Origin: Camelus ferus
Lineage: Eukaryota
NCBI RefSeq assembly: GCF_009834535.1
Contig: NC_045697.1
Coordinates: 72,604,001 to 72,668,000 of the forward strand
Direction of reading: 5' to 3'
DNA: 64,000 nt
Of this stretch, positions 63,731-64,000 are shown piece after piece. The stretch's first letter is position 1; the number at the start of each line of letters is the position of its first letter. Both the position numbers and the translations under genes were made by a program. The notes beneath the pieces were generated by a model, which was given only the letters and a program-made list of their open reading frames with translations, was not told the DNA's origin and ran no database searches.

Positions 63731-64000
63731 TTTCACATTTTTCTGAAGTATTTCAAATAAAAATAATATCAAAAACATTTTAAAAACTTCCACAGAGAAT
63801 ATAGAATTATATGCAGAATTAGTTAAAATCTAGAATTTCTACCTTGTTTAGTAATTTAGGTAAACTTTTTGCTCTTCCTACCCCTGGAAAAAATAAGGAT
63901 TACAAGGATAATATGTTTATGTATTCTACTTGTGAAAAATTATTTATGTTAGTTTCTGGTTTTTGAGTTAGAAAGAAATGTACATATGACGTAAATAAAT

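Overview
Mammalian genomic DNA, most likely a camelid (inferred from tRNA-derived SINEs resembling the camelid Vic-1 type). Positions ~2.1-31.2 kb hold the first 24 coding exons of CENPE (kinesin-7) on the minus strand. All GT-AG junctions were read by hand and the frame stays open for 3030 nt / 1010 aa: motor domain, the RVTW/T422 PP1-Aurora motif, then coiled coil. The gene continues off the left edge. Its CpG-island promoter has tandem CHR (TTTAAA) elements and a palindromic CRE. Positions 31.5-64 kb are upstream intergenic DNA, mostly old repeats (L1, L2, MIR, CR1, hAT/Tigger, ERV1-type LTRs), including a solo LTR nested in a related solo LTR, each with an intact 4-bp target-site duplication. 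The main unexpected observation is at ~58.7-62.5 kb (+ strand). A colinear series of stop- and frameshift-ridden leucine-rich-repeat fragments ends in an LRR-CT-like segment, consistent with a fossil Toll-like-receptor ectodomain (TLR11/12/13/21/22-like by my inference). No ORF call reveals it. Repeat family names and boundaries are by-eye estimates; no database search was run.
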